Made by a program: the position numbers and the translations under genes | Notes under the pieces: generated by a model | What the model saw: only the letters and a program-made list of their open reading frames with translations | Databases searched by the model: none | What the model was told of the DNA's origin: nothing | NCBI GenBank assembly: GCA_015523565.1 | Contig: WAKA01000004.1 | Span: forward strand, 1 to 22,536 | DNA from: Candidatus Heimdallarchaeota archaeon | GTDB taxonomy: Archaea; Asgardarchaeota; Heimdallarchaeia; Heimdallarchaeales; Kariarchaeaceae | Reading direction: 5' to 3' | Length of the DNA stretch: 22,536 bases | In this document: one piece after another, positions 1 through 7,778 of the stretch | Layout of the letters: each line of letters starts with the position of its first letter | Numbering within the stretch: the first letter of the stretch is position 1

Positions 1-620
1 AACAGCTCGACAGCCTGATGGAAGAGATAGTTAAAAATTATTTGATATACAAAGAATTCAAAAATCAACTTGATGCATATTTGGCTCGAAAGGACAGGTT
101 AGTCCCTGTGGAAACCATAGAGCAGTTGGAAGAGAAAATCCTCAAGAGAGCTGAAGGAATTGCCAAGAAGAAAAACGTAAATCCAGCAGGCAAAACCTAT
201 ATCACGCAAGAACAGCTTGACAGCCTGATGAAGAAGATATTTAAAGATTATTTAACACATAAAGAATTCAAGAATCAACTTGATGCATATTTGGCTCGAA
301 AGGACAGGTTAGTCCCTGTGGAAATCATAGAGCAGTTGGAAGAGAAAATCCTCAAGAGAGCTGAAGGAATTGCCAAGAAGAAAAACGTAAATCCAGCAGG
401 CAAAACCCATATCACACAAGAACAGCTCGACAGCCTGATGGAAGAGATAGTTAAAATATATTCTGCATATAAAGCAGAAAAAACACATATTACACAAGAA
501 CAGTTCGATTACGTAATGGAAGAGATATTTAAAAAATATTCGACATACCAACCAGGCAAAACTTATATCACGCAAGAACAGCTCGACAGCCTGATGGAAG
601 AAATATTTAGATCCTATACA
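1..620 (+). repeat. In-frame tandem repeats within rpoA2: two 210-bp (70-aa) units (1-210, 211-420), then 78-bp (26-aa) period units starting at 421, 499 and 577
   Basis: The anchor aacag(c/t)t(c/t)ga recurs at 1, 211, 421, 499 and 577. By hand count units 1 and 2 differ at 14 of 210 positions. The peptide KT(H/Y)ITQEQ(L/F)D..M..I recurs. Confidence 0.95.
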
Positions 621-3053
621 TTTGCCGAAATGGAACCTGGCACATCTGCGGGGGTTGTTTCTGCACAAAGTATTGGAGAACCAGGAACACAAATGTCATT
701 GAGTGGAGATGAGATTGTCCTAATAATGGATGAAAACGTTGTCCAGACGGTGTTCATTGGTGATTTCATTGATGAGCTATTGATGAGCGAAAAAGTAGTC
801 AAGCAGGGGGATACGGAATACCTTGATTTTCCAGAAGATTATCACGTCTATGTGCCTGCTGTTTCTGAAGAGGAAACCATCCAATGGAAAAGACTGAAAC
901 AGGTCAGTAGACATGCACCAAATGGAGATCTTCTCCACGTTAAAACCGCAAGTGGTAGGCAAATCATTGCCACACCAAGTCATTCCTTCATTACACGAAA
1001 GAATGGAAAAATCGTTGCGGTTCGTGGAGATCAACTTACAACAGAAGATTTTGTCCCAATTGCGATGGGCATACCAACAATCAATCCAATTTCCACAATC
1101 TATTTTGAGGAAGACAGCGTCAGGTTGGGACACACAGTTATTGAACAGGCATTGGTAACACCTCAAGGAGAGATTGTGGCACCTTCAGAAAGCTCAAGCA
1201 AGTTTTCCCTTCCTCTGACAGAGACATGGGGATATTTCTTGGGAACATTGATAACAGTGGGATACAATGACGGGGAAGAACTCACGATTGCATCATCCAA
1301 TCCCAATATTTATGAGGAACTTGTGGCATATTTTGAAGAAAATGACCTTAATGTATCCTTGGCGAGAGACCATGTGGAAAACCAACTTTATGAAATTAAA
1401 ATTACAGGAGAGGATCTTGCCTATGCAATGGACTTGTTGATTGATTCCTTTGATGAAGGGACTTCCACTCCTGTTTGGGTATTGAATACGCCAAATGATT
1501 TCATTAAAGGGTTTATCCAAGGAGTTTTCGATCATGGAGCAGATGTAGAAAACGGCATTGTTTTCAAATTCCAAAACCCCGACTTTGTTAAGCTTCTTGC
1601 CCATATGCTTGGAAAGTTTGGCATATTTGCATTGATTGACACCCAATCTGAAACGTCATCCCTTCAAATACCAGTTGAAATGCTTAATCAATTCAATGAT
1701 GTTGTTGGATTTAGGTCACCTTCGAAAGCAAATGACCTATTGACAAAGATTTCCCAAGTTGGCAGAAAAGATTCTGTTCCCGGACTCAAAGAAACATTGA
1801 ACCAATTAAAATCAAAATTGGGAATTGATTTAGAAATCAAGGATGCGATCAGCAGGGAAGAAATTCTTGAAATTATTAAGAAAGCCCAGGAAGCAGAAAA
1901 TACAGATGAGGAAATACAGCAACTTGTCAAGGCATATGAAAGCCCCATTTATTGGGATCGCATTGTCTCAATAGAATATGAGAAACCATTTACAAAATAT
2001 GTTTATGATTTTGCGGTAGAAGGTTTGGAGACATTTACAACCTTTGATGGCATCATCACCCACAATACCTTGAGAACTTTCCACTTTGCAGGGGTCAGGG
2101 AAATGAATGTCACATTGGGGCTTCCTAGACTTATTGAACTGGTGGATGCAAGAAGAAACCCAAGCACCCCTTCGATGACCGTTGCTCTCAAAGGAGAATA
2201 TGCCTCGGATGAGACAAAAGCAAAACAGGTTGCACAGAATATCGAACTTACAACCATCCATAGCGTGGCAAAAGGGCTTGAAATAGATCAAATACATCTC
2301 AGGGTCAATATCTTGCTTGATGAAGAACTCCTGATTGATAAGGGAATTACTGCGGAAGATATCAAGCAAAAGATCATTGAAAAAAGAGTTGCACAAAAGG
2401 TCATGGTCGAAGAAAATCTGATTATTGTTACACCAGACAAGGAAGACCCGACACTTCAAGACCTTCAAAAACTTTCTGAAAAACTCAGGCTTATACCCAT
2501 TAAGGGATTGCGAGGAGTAAACAGGGTGATGATCCGTAAGAAAAAGATTGATGAGGGAGATGACGAAAAAGTCGAATATGAAATACTTACGGAAGGAAGC
2601 AACTTTAAGCAATTGATGAGGGTTCTTGGAGTCGATCCAAGAAACTCATATACAAACCACATCCATGAAATTGCAGAAACCTTGGGTATTGAAGCCGCAA
2701 GAAATGCAATCATCAAGGAAGCAAAGGAAGTCATGGAAAAACAGGGGCTTGAAGTTGATGACAGACATATGATGCTGGTGGCTGATCTGATGACGTTTTC
2801 TGGAGATATCAGACAAATAGGAAGACATGGTATCTCTGGAGAAAATGCATCAATCCTTGCAAGAGCAGGGTTTGAAGTCACAGTCAAACACCTGCTTGAC
2901 GCGGCTGTCAGAGGAGAAGAGGATCACCTTGTCGGCATCATTGAAAATGTCATTGTAGGTCAAGAAATCGCAATAGGCACTGGGATGGTTGATTTGACCA
3001 TTTCTCCAAATTATAGGGAATTCGCACCCAAAAAACAAAACAAATCGTCGTAA
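3..3053 (+). CDS. rpoA2: DNA-directed RNA polymerase subunit A'' (Rpo1C, or the C-terminal part of a fused Rpo1), intein-containing, 5'-truncated by the window edge
   Basis: Hallmark motifs SAQSIGEPGTQM|TLRTFHFAG, NVTLGLPRLIELVDAR, LGIEAARNAI, VDDRHMMLVADLMT, IGRHG, ARAGFE and ENVIVGQ..IGTG. The frame is open from base 3 (QLDSL before the ATG at 18), so the true start is probably upstream of the window. Confidence 0.97.
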   Translation, partial: QLDSLMEEIVKNYLIYKEFKNQLDAYLARKDRLVPVETIEQLEEKILKRAEGIAKKKNVNPAGKTYITQEQLDSLMKKIFKDYLTHKEFKNQLDAYLARKDRLVPVEIIEQLEEKILKRAEGIAKKKNVNPAGKTHITQEQLDSLMEEIVKIYSAYKAEKTHITQEQFDYVMEEIFKKYSTYQPGKTYITQEQLDSLMEEIFRSYTFAEMEPGTSAGVVSAQSIGEPGTQMSLSGDEIVLIMDENVVQTVFIGDFIDELLMSEKVVKQGDTEYLDFPEDYHVYVPAVSEEETIQWKRLKQVSRHAPNGDLLHVKTASGRQIIATPSHSFITRKNGKIVAVRGDQLTTEDFVPIAMGIPTINPISTIYFEEDSVRLGHTVIEQALVTPQGEIVAPSESSSKFSLPLTETWGYFLGTLITVGYNDGEELTIASSNPNIYEELVAYFEENDLNVSLARDHVENQLYEIKITGEDLAYAMDLLIDSFDEGTSTPVWVLNTPNDFIKGFIQGVFDHGADVENGIVFKFQNPDFVKLLAHMLGKFGIFALIDTQSETSSLQIPVEMLNQFNDVVGFRSPSKANDLLTKISQVGRKDSVPGLKETLNQLKSKLGIDLEIKDAISREEILEIIKKAQEAENTDEEIQQLVKAYESPIYWDRIVSIEYEKPFTKYVYDFAVEGLETFTTFDGIITHNTLRTFHFAGVREMNVTLGLPRLIELVDARRNPSTPSMTVALKGEYASDETKAKQVAQNIELTTIHSVAKGLEIDQIHLRVNILLDEELLIDKGITAEDIKQKIIEKRVAQKVMVEENLIIVTPDKEDPTLQDLQKLSEKLRLIPIKGLRGVNRVMIRKKKIDEGDDEKVEYEILTEGSNFKQLMRVLGVDPRNSYTNHIHEIAETLGIEAARNAIIKEAKEVMEKQGLEVDDRHMMLVADLMTFSGDIRQIGRHGISGENASILARAGFEVTVKHLLDAAVRGEEDHLVGIIENVIVGQEIAIGTGMVDLTISPNYREFAPKKQNKSS
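696..2066 (+). mobile_element. Intein (457 aa) in RNAP A'' with a degenerate LAGLIDADG homing endonuclease domain
   Basis: Interrupts GEPGTQM|TLRTFH. It starts with Ser (SLSGDEIVLI, block A), has block B (IATPSHSF), blocks F/G (VYDFAVEGLETF...IITHN) and a +1 Thr. Endonuclease-like blocks are YFLGTLITVG, FIQGVFDHGA and LLAHMLGKFGI. Confidence 0.95.
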
Positions 3054-3054
3054 G

Positions 3055-3073
3055 CTTAAGTAATATATAAAAA
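3055..3073 (+). promoter_or_regulatory. Putative archaeal TATA box for rps12
   Basis: cttaagTAATATATAAAAac lies about 35-40 nt upstream of the uS12 ATG, in the 50-bp intergenic gap. Confidence 0.45.
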
Positions 3074-3103
3074 CAAGAAATCCGTCAGCTAATAAGAAGC
3101 AAC

Positions 3104-3547
3104 ATGACTAGATCAAAGAGTCCAAATGGTGAATTCGCTGCAAGGAAACTTCTAAAGAAAAGACAGAAAATGAGATGGAAGGACATTTATTATAAAAGAA
3201 GAATGTTGGGACTGAACAAAAAGGCAGACCCTCTTGAAGGTGCACCACAAGCGACAGGAGTCGTCTTGGACAAATATGGTGTCGGTTCCAAACAGCCAAA
3301 CAGTGCTCTTAGAAAATGTGTCCGTGTCCAACTGATCAAAAATGGAAAGCAGATAGGAGCATTTGTCCCACATGACGGAGGATTGCTTTACATAAACGTT
3401 CATGACCAAGTCACTGTGGAAGGCATTGGTGGTGCTCAAAAAGGTGCAAAGGGTGACATCCCAGGTATTAAGTGGAGAGTGATGAAAGTCAATGGAGTTG
3501 CCCTTTCTGAGTTAGTCACTGGTCGCAAGGAAAAAGCAAATAGGTAA
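3104..3547 (+). CDS. rps12: 30S ribosomal protein S12 (uS12, archaeal/eukaryotic S23 type)
   Basis: [57 protein letters not shown]. Confidence 0.98.
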   Translation: MTRSKSPNGEFAARKLLKKRQKMRWKDIYYKRRMLGLNKKADPLEGAPQATGVVLDKYGVGSKQPNSALRKCVRVQLIKNGKQIGAFVPHDGGLLYINVHDQVTVEGIGGAQKGAKGDIPGIKWRVMKVNGVALSELVTGRKEKANR

Positions 3548-3553
3548 AGATTT

Positions 3554-4192
3554 TCAGGAAGCCATTTTTATTAAATAATACTTTTTGCGAAGCTTGAAAA
3601 ATTTCTTGGCAAATTCCGTCTCACTAATCTCAACATCATCAAATTGATCTTCCAATTGATCCAAGGCAGTTTCCAGATCCAATAAGGTATCTTCAACCAA
3701 TTGTTTCCTATTGATTTCATTGACTGGACTATTCTGCACTTGCATCAATTCTTTTTGTTTTTCTGCAATCATTGCTTCCAATTGTTGAACTTGGGTTTTT
3801 AATGCCTCCTTCTGAAGATTTAGCCCTGTGGAATGGGATGGGGAACTGGCAATTATCTGGAGACGACCACCCCTTATCAAGGTTTCTGCTTCTTTAATTA
3901 TCTGGAAAACATGGTAGTCAGACCTCCATCGCCTCATTCGACGAGTATGGAGATACCCTTCAGGATCCGCACTAGGATGACTCCCATTCAAGATTCGAAC
4001 AGAAGGGGGACGGTGAGGAAAATCATGGGGAATCTCTACAAGTACTTCGACAGGGTTACCAGAAGAATCCGATATGCGTCCAATCCATCTATGCAAGTTT
4101 CCGTGATCAGGAGAAAATCCAGCATTATACCTGTATATTAAAAATGCCTCTTTGCTTAGGGTAGCATCATCAACCATTTTCAATTTCATCAT
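3554..4192 (-). CDS. UEV (catalytically inactive E2 fold) + coiled coil + Vps23/Vps37 core-like C-terminus; ESCRT-I-like subunit
   Basis: E2-fold pattern W.G.I...V.VEIPHDFPHRPPSVRI...HPSADPEGYLH...W, with no catalytic Cys (the protein has no Cys). A heptad coiled coil LKTQVQQLEAMIAEKQKELMQ follows. The C-terminus LDQLEDQFDDVEISETEFAKKFFKLRKKYY resembles the Vps37 Mod(r)/Vps23 steadiness-box hairpin. Confidence 0.75.
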   Translation of the reverse strand: MMKLKMVDDATLSKEAFLIYRYNAGFSPDHGNLHRWIGRISDSSGNPVEVLVEIPHDFPHRPPSVRILNGSHPSADPEGYLHTRRMRRWRSDYHVFQIIKEAETLIRGGRLQIIASSPSHSTGLNLQKEALKTQVQQLEAMIAEKQKELMQVQNSPVNEINRKQLVEDTLLDLETALDQLEDQFDDVEISETEFAKKFFKLRKKYYLIKMAS

Positions 4193-4260
4193 TCATTTTC
4201 CGATATTTATTCTTGCCCATTCATCATTGAAAATGTACGTAAAAACAAACATAAGATTTT

Positions 4261-6285
4261 TCAAATTACGCTTTTTTCGACATCTGTTGGAAGGAGAACA
4301 CCACCTTTGAGTTTTGAGCCTATGTCCCTCGGCGAGTGAACAATAATCTTTTTACCCTGAAAATCGTTAAGAATATTTTCAAGTGTTAAACCAGAAGTAT
4401 GACCACTAAGAGATATCTTGTGAACTGACTGGGAATATTTGTCCTTTACTTTTGGGTTGGAGGTTAAAAGCTGATACCCCAAGGTATTTGGAGCTTGATA
4501 ACCTGTGATGATAACACCCGTTTCACTGTCATCACTTGTAGCATCCAAAAGCCTACGGATGGTACCCGCTTGGAGCATGCCATTACCGGAAATGACTATC
4601 GTGTTTTCGGTAAATTCTTCCTCACTAAGAGTGGGAACCATCTCAACCTTGTTTTTTATACCATCAGGGAGAAAATTGAATTGCAGATTTCGAATAACTT
4701 TAACACCCATTCCTGCAACATATATTTTCCATTTAGGATCTATCCCCTGTCTAAGCAATTGATAAAGCACCTCTTGAGTTCGACCCACACTAAATGCAGG
4801 GATAAGAACCCTTGAAGAGGACGAAAGAACTTCATGATAGACTTGGGCATTATCTATTGGTTCTTTTGGACGACCATAATAAGTTCCATCAAACAAGATT
4901 GCACGTTGCTCCTCAATTGGAAATTTTGCCCCAGGGAAAAATGCAGTCCCATCTGCATTGAAATCACCAGTGTAGAACAATGTCTTTCCACCAATTTCAA
5001 GATTAAAACCTGTTGAACCAAAAAGATGCGAGGCTTGAAATGCAGTGACATCAAAATTTGGCAAGACAGAGAAGGATTGACCCGTCTCAATCTCATTGAT
5101 ATTTTGAAGGGCAGAGATTATATTTTTGCCAGAAACAATTTCTGAAATAAATTTATTGCCATGTATTGCATTTGTAGACCATGTCGACTTTAGCACATTT
5201 GCCGTATCATTCCAAAGAATTTCACATAGTGCGCGTGTCTCTTTTGTCGCGAATATTGGAATATCTGGCTTGATTGACTGAAGCAACGGCAATGCACCAG
5301 AATGATCAAGATGGGCATGGGAAAGAAGCACAGCGTCAACCTTCTGTAAAATAGGAAGCCAAGAGGGAATGCGGTTGTTGAGAACACTCATGCCAAAATC
5401 AAGCAGAATTAGACCATGCCTAGTTTTAACCAATATGGCTGAATGACCAATGTGGCTACCGCCCGGAAAATATAATTGTATCTGTTCCTCCACTTCTGGA
5501 CGAGAAAACGTAAATTTTGGTAACCATTCCATCAAATACCGCTGTGGAATTTTCAACGCAAGATTTGCATCAAATGGATTTTGAGGAAGATCCTGCATTT
5601 TATTTCCAAGTACAGTGAACGATGGAGGAAAATCCGAAAGAAAAGTATCTGATCGAAAATCATCGTCCACGGATTTCCAAGACTTGTATTTTCGAGTCTT
5701 TCTTTTTAACAATTCATCAACAACTGGAACTGCATCCTTTGGATAGAGCCATTGAATCAATTGCTCCAAAGTTTCAGTTGCATACTCGGAAATATGTTCC
5801 ATAAATGCATCTGGTCTTTTGGAAAGAGTTGCAACAATTGAACTGATTTCTTGAATTGATGTGGAAACATTCTTGCCTGTAAGAGAAACATAGGATTCAA
5901 CCAAGTCAGGCAAATATGGAAAACCAAGTGAAAGTTCCCAAAAAATTTGTTTTGCCTTTCCGAACCAATCGTCTTCATTAGCATCCATCAACAAGGAAAC
6001 AAATGCGACTTTTTCCTTTTCAGCAAAAACATCTTTTGAGAGTAAAATTTTTACAAAACTTACAAGTTCCTCATAGCGAAGTTCATCACGGGAATACAGG
6101 ATAGGTACAGAAACCAAGAAAATTTCAGGGTCATCTAATTCGCGAATATTCCACAAGGTTTCCTGGATTACATCCACCAAACCATCGATAGTCAGGTTAT
6201 TTTCCCGTAACCAATTGTCAAAATTCCAATTTTTTTGATGAATGGATTTCACTATTTCGAAAAAAGACTTATGCTCTTTTGTCAC
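4261..6285 (-). CDS. Metallo-beta-lactamase/beta-CASP ribonuclease (CPSF73/aCPSF-like) with a ~265-aa N-terminal extension
   Basis: GG..IG.SA, LLDFG, SHAHLDHSG (HxHxDH), ASHLFGS, YTGDF, DGTY, VLIPAFSVGRTQE, GYQAPNTLG, LSGH, IVH. GTG start. Confidence 0.9.
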   Translation of the reverse strand: MTKEHKSFFEIVKSIHQKNWNFDNWLRENNLTIDGLVDVIQETLWNIRELDDPEIFLVSVPILYSRDELRYEELVSFVKILLSKDVFAEKEKVAFVSLLMDANEDDWFGKAKQIFWELSLGFPYLPDLVESYVSLTGKNVSTSIQEISSIVATLSKRPDAFMEHISEYATETLEQLIQWLYPKDAVPVVDELLKRKTRKYKSWKSVDDDFRSDTFLSDFPPSFTVLGNKMQDLPQNPFDANLALKIPQRYLMEWLPKFTFSRPEVEEQIQLYFPGGSHIGHSAILVKTRHGLILLDFGMSVLNNRIPSWLPILQKVDAVLLSHAHLDHSGALPLLQSIKPDIPIFATKETRALCEILWNDTANVLKSTWSTNAIHGNKFISEIVSGKNIISALQNINEIETGQSFSVLPNFDVTAFQASHLFGSTGFNLEIGGKTLFYTGDFNADGTAFFPGAKFPIEEQRAILFDGTYYGRPKEPIDNAQVYHEVLSSSSRVLIPAFSVGRTQEVLYQLLRQGIDPKWKIYVAGMGVKVIRNLQFNFLPDGIKNKVEMVPTLSEEEFTENTIVISGNGMLQAGTIRRLLDATSDDSETGVIITGYQAPNTLGYQLLTSNPKVKDKYSQSVHKISLSGHTSGLTLENILNDFQGKKIIVHSPRDIGSKLKGGVLLPTDVEKSVI

Positions 6286-6421
6286 TAATTATGATAAAAA
6301 TGGGAGATATTTATGTATCTCTAAGAAGAAAGAAGTAAAAAAAAAGATTTCACAAGTTAGTATTGCAATATTTGCTTATAGAGATATTTAATAATATGAA
6401 CTTCCTGTGGTATTTAGAAAA

Positions 6422-7210
6422 ATGAGCGAAGAAACTAGCGCAGTAAAGAGGACACTCAAATTCATCGTACAAAATATCGATAAGCTAAGAGAGCAAGTGG
6501 GGCTTAAATTTGCTGAGATCGAACAACAATTGGAATTGTTCCAAAAAGAAATCAACACCATAAAAGGGCAGGTTGAAAATATCAAAAGTATAGTGACGAA
6601 ACCTCAAGCTACCTCTGAATTTACACAATTGGCACAACGCCTTGATTCATTAGAAAAGGCAGTTGCATCACTCAGTTCAACAATCCATACACCACAACAA
6701 ACATCAACATATATTCCCACACCACCTGTCAGACAGCAAATGCCACCACCAGTTTCTCCACAACCCACAGTACCAAGTTCTGCAGGAGTTATCCCACCAG
6801 CACCCACGGGTAGACCACCAACACCACAGCCAACCCCTACACCATCACCTGCACAAACACCAAGACCAACGACCATTCCTTCACCAACGCCACAGCCAAC
6901 CTCTACACCATCACCTGCACAAACACCAAGACCAACAACCATTCCTTCACCAACGCCACAGCCAACCACCACACCGTCACCCACCACTCCTCCACCAGCG
7001 CAAACACCGCAACCAGCCCCCATTTCCCCACCAACGCAAACGCCATTGTCACCAACCAAACCTACCACACCAACCCAACCACATACAACAACGCCTACAA
7101 CCACTACAATTCCAAAAACTAGCAGTATTTCTACAAAGAAACCGTCAATTGACTTGACAGACGACAAAAAAGAACTTATGGAAGCATTGAAAAGAATTGA
7201 AGGAATTTAA
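6422..7210 (+). CDS. Hypothetical protein: N-terminal coiled coil, ~150-aa Pro/Thr-rich linker, C-terminal amphipathic helix
   Basis: ORF 6407-7210; the ATG at 6422 is preferred over the GTG at 6407. Heptad pattern in the first ~85 aa, a low-complexity P/T/S/Q middle, and the end DDKKELMEALKRIEGI. Confidence 0.8.
   Translation: MSEETSAVKRTLKFIVQNIDKLREQVGLKFAEIEQQLELFQKEINTIKGQVENIKSIVTKPQATSEFTQLAQRLDSLEKAVASLSSTIHTPQQTSTYIPTPPVRQQMPPPVSPQPTVPSSAGVIPPAPTGRPPTPQPTPTPSPAQTPRPTTIPSPTPQPTSTPSPAQTPRPTTIPSPTPQPTTTPSPTTPPPAQTPQPAPISPPTQTPLSPTKPTTPTQPHTTTPTTTTIPKTSSISTKKPSIDLTDDKKELMEALKRIEGI
6818..6982 (+). repeat. 66-bp (22-aa) coding tandem repeat, 2.5 copies (PTPQPTxTPSPAQTPRPTTIPS)
   Basis: Near-identical units at 6818-6883 and 6884-6949, plus a partial unit at 6950-6982. 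Confidence 0.9.
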
Positions 7211-7259
7211 GATCATCTACAAAATAAACTCTTTATATCCACATAAGGAATGACCACGT

Positions 7260-7778
7260 GTGAACTTAATTCAACTTGACTATGAGTTAACTAAAAAAAT
7301 AGCCACAATAATGCCTGAAAAATCCATCATACGTCCAATCATACGATTGTTTACGCATACAGGAACCTTCATGTTTTGGGCACCACTATTAATTGCCTGG
7401 TATTTTGTCTCACCTGGAAATTGGCAGATTCCGTTTCTTATTGCACAAACAATTAACATGTTAATGGTTCAAGTTTTGAAAAGAATGATTAAAAGAGAAA
7501 GACCTGAGTTTGGAGATCATAGTATGGGAGTTGTAAAGTTTGATGTGCATAGCTTCCCTTCAGGACACAGTGCAAGAGCAGGACTCATAATGGTAACCTT
7601 ACCATTTATTTTTCCACATTGGACTGTCTTTTGGATAGTTTATGCAATTGCCCTAATGATTTCCCGGTTGCTTTTAGGATTGCATTATGTAAGTGACATC
7701 CTCGCAGGACTTCTATTGGGATTCTTGTCTGCCCTTTTTCTTCTTCCCTTTTCTTTTTTTGCTCCGCTTTTTGGGTAA
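7260..7778 (+). CDS. PAP2-family membrane (lipid) phosphatase
   Basis: All three PAP2 motifs are present: K......RP (KRMIKRERP), SFPSGH and SR...G.HY.SD. Several hydrophobic helices. Confidence 0.93.
   Translation: MNLIQLDYELTKKIATIMPEKSIIRPIIRLFTHTGTFMFWAPLLIAWYFVSPGNWQIPFLIAQTINMLMVQVLKRMIKRERPEFGDHSMGVVKFDVHSFPSGHSARAGLIMVTLPFIFPHWTVFWIVYAIALMISRLLLGLHYVSDILAGLLLGFLSALFLLPFSFFAPLFG

Noticed and set aside
1-620. rpoA2 repeats as a diversity-generating retroelement TR/VR pair
   Set aside because: Differences are mixed transitions in both directions rather than adenine-specific, and no reverse transcriptase is present in the window.
1968-2612. 214-aa antisense ORF and other short ORFs overlapping rpoA2, the beta-CASP gene and the cas genes
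   Set aside because: They are fully nested in well-supported genes and have no recognisable motifs.
6700-7110. S/T-P-rich repeats as a trans-encoded Pol II CTD analogue near rpoA2 and a CPSF-like nuclease
   Set aside because: There is no YSPTSPS heptad periodicity and almost no Tyr. The repeat unit is 22 aa and generic Pro/Thr low complexity.
6604-7167. 187-aa Gly/Val-rich minus-strand ORF and 164-aa His/Gln-rich alternative-frame ORF (6663-7157)
   Set aside because: These are shadow frames of the Pro/Thr codon-biased gene, which naturally lack stop codons.
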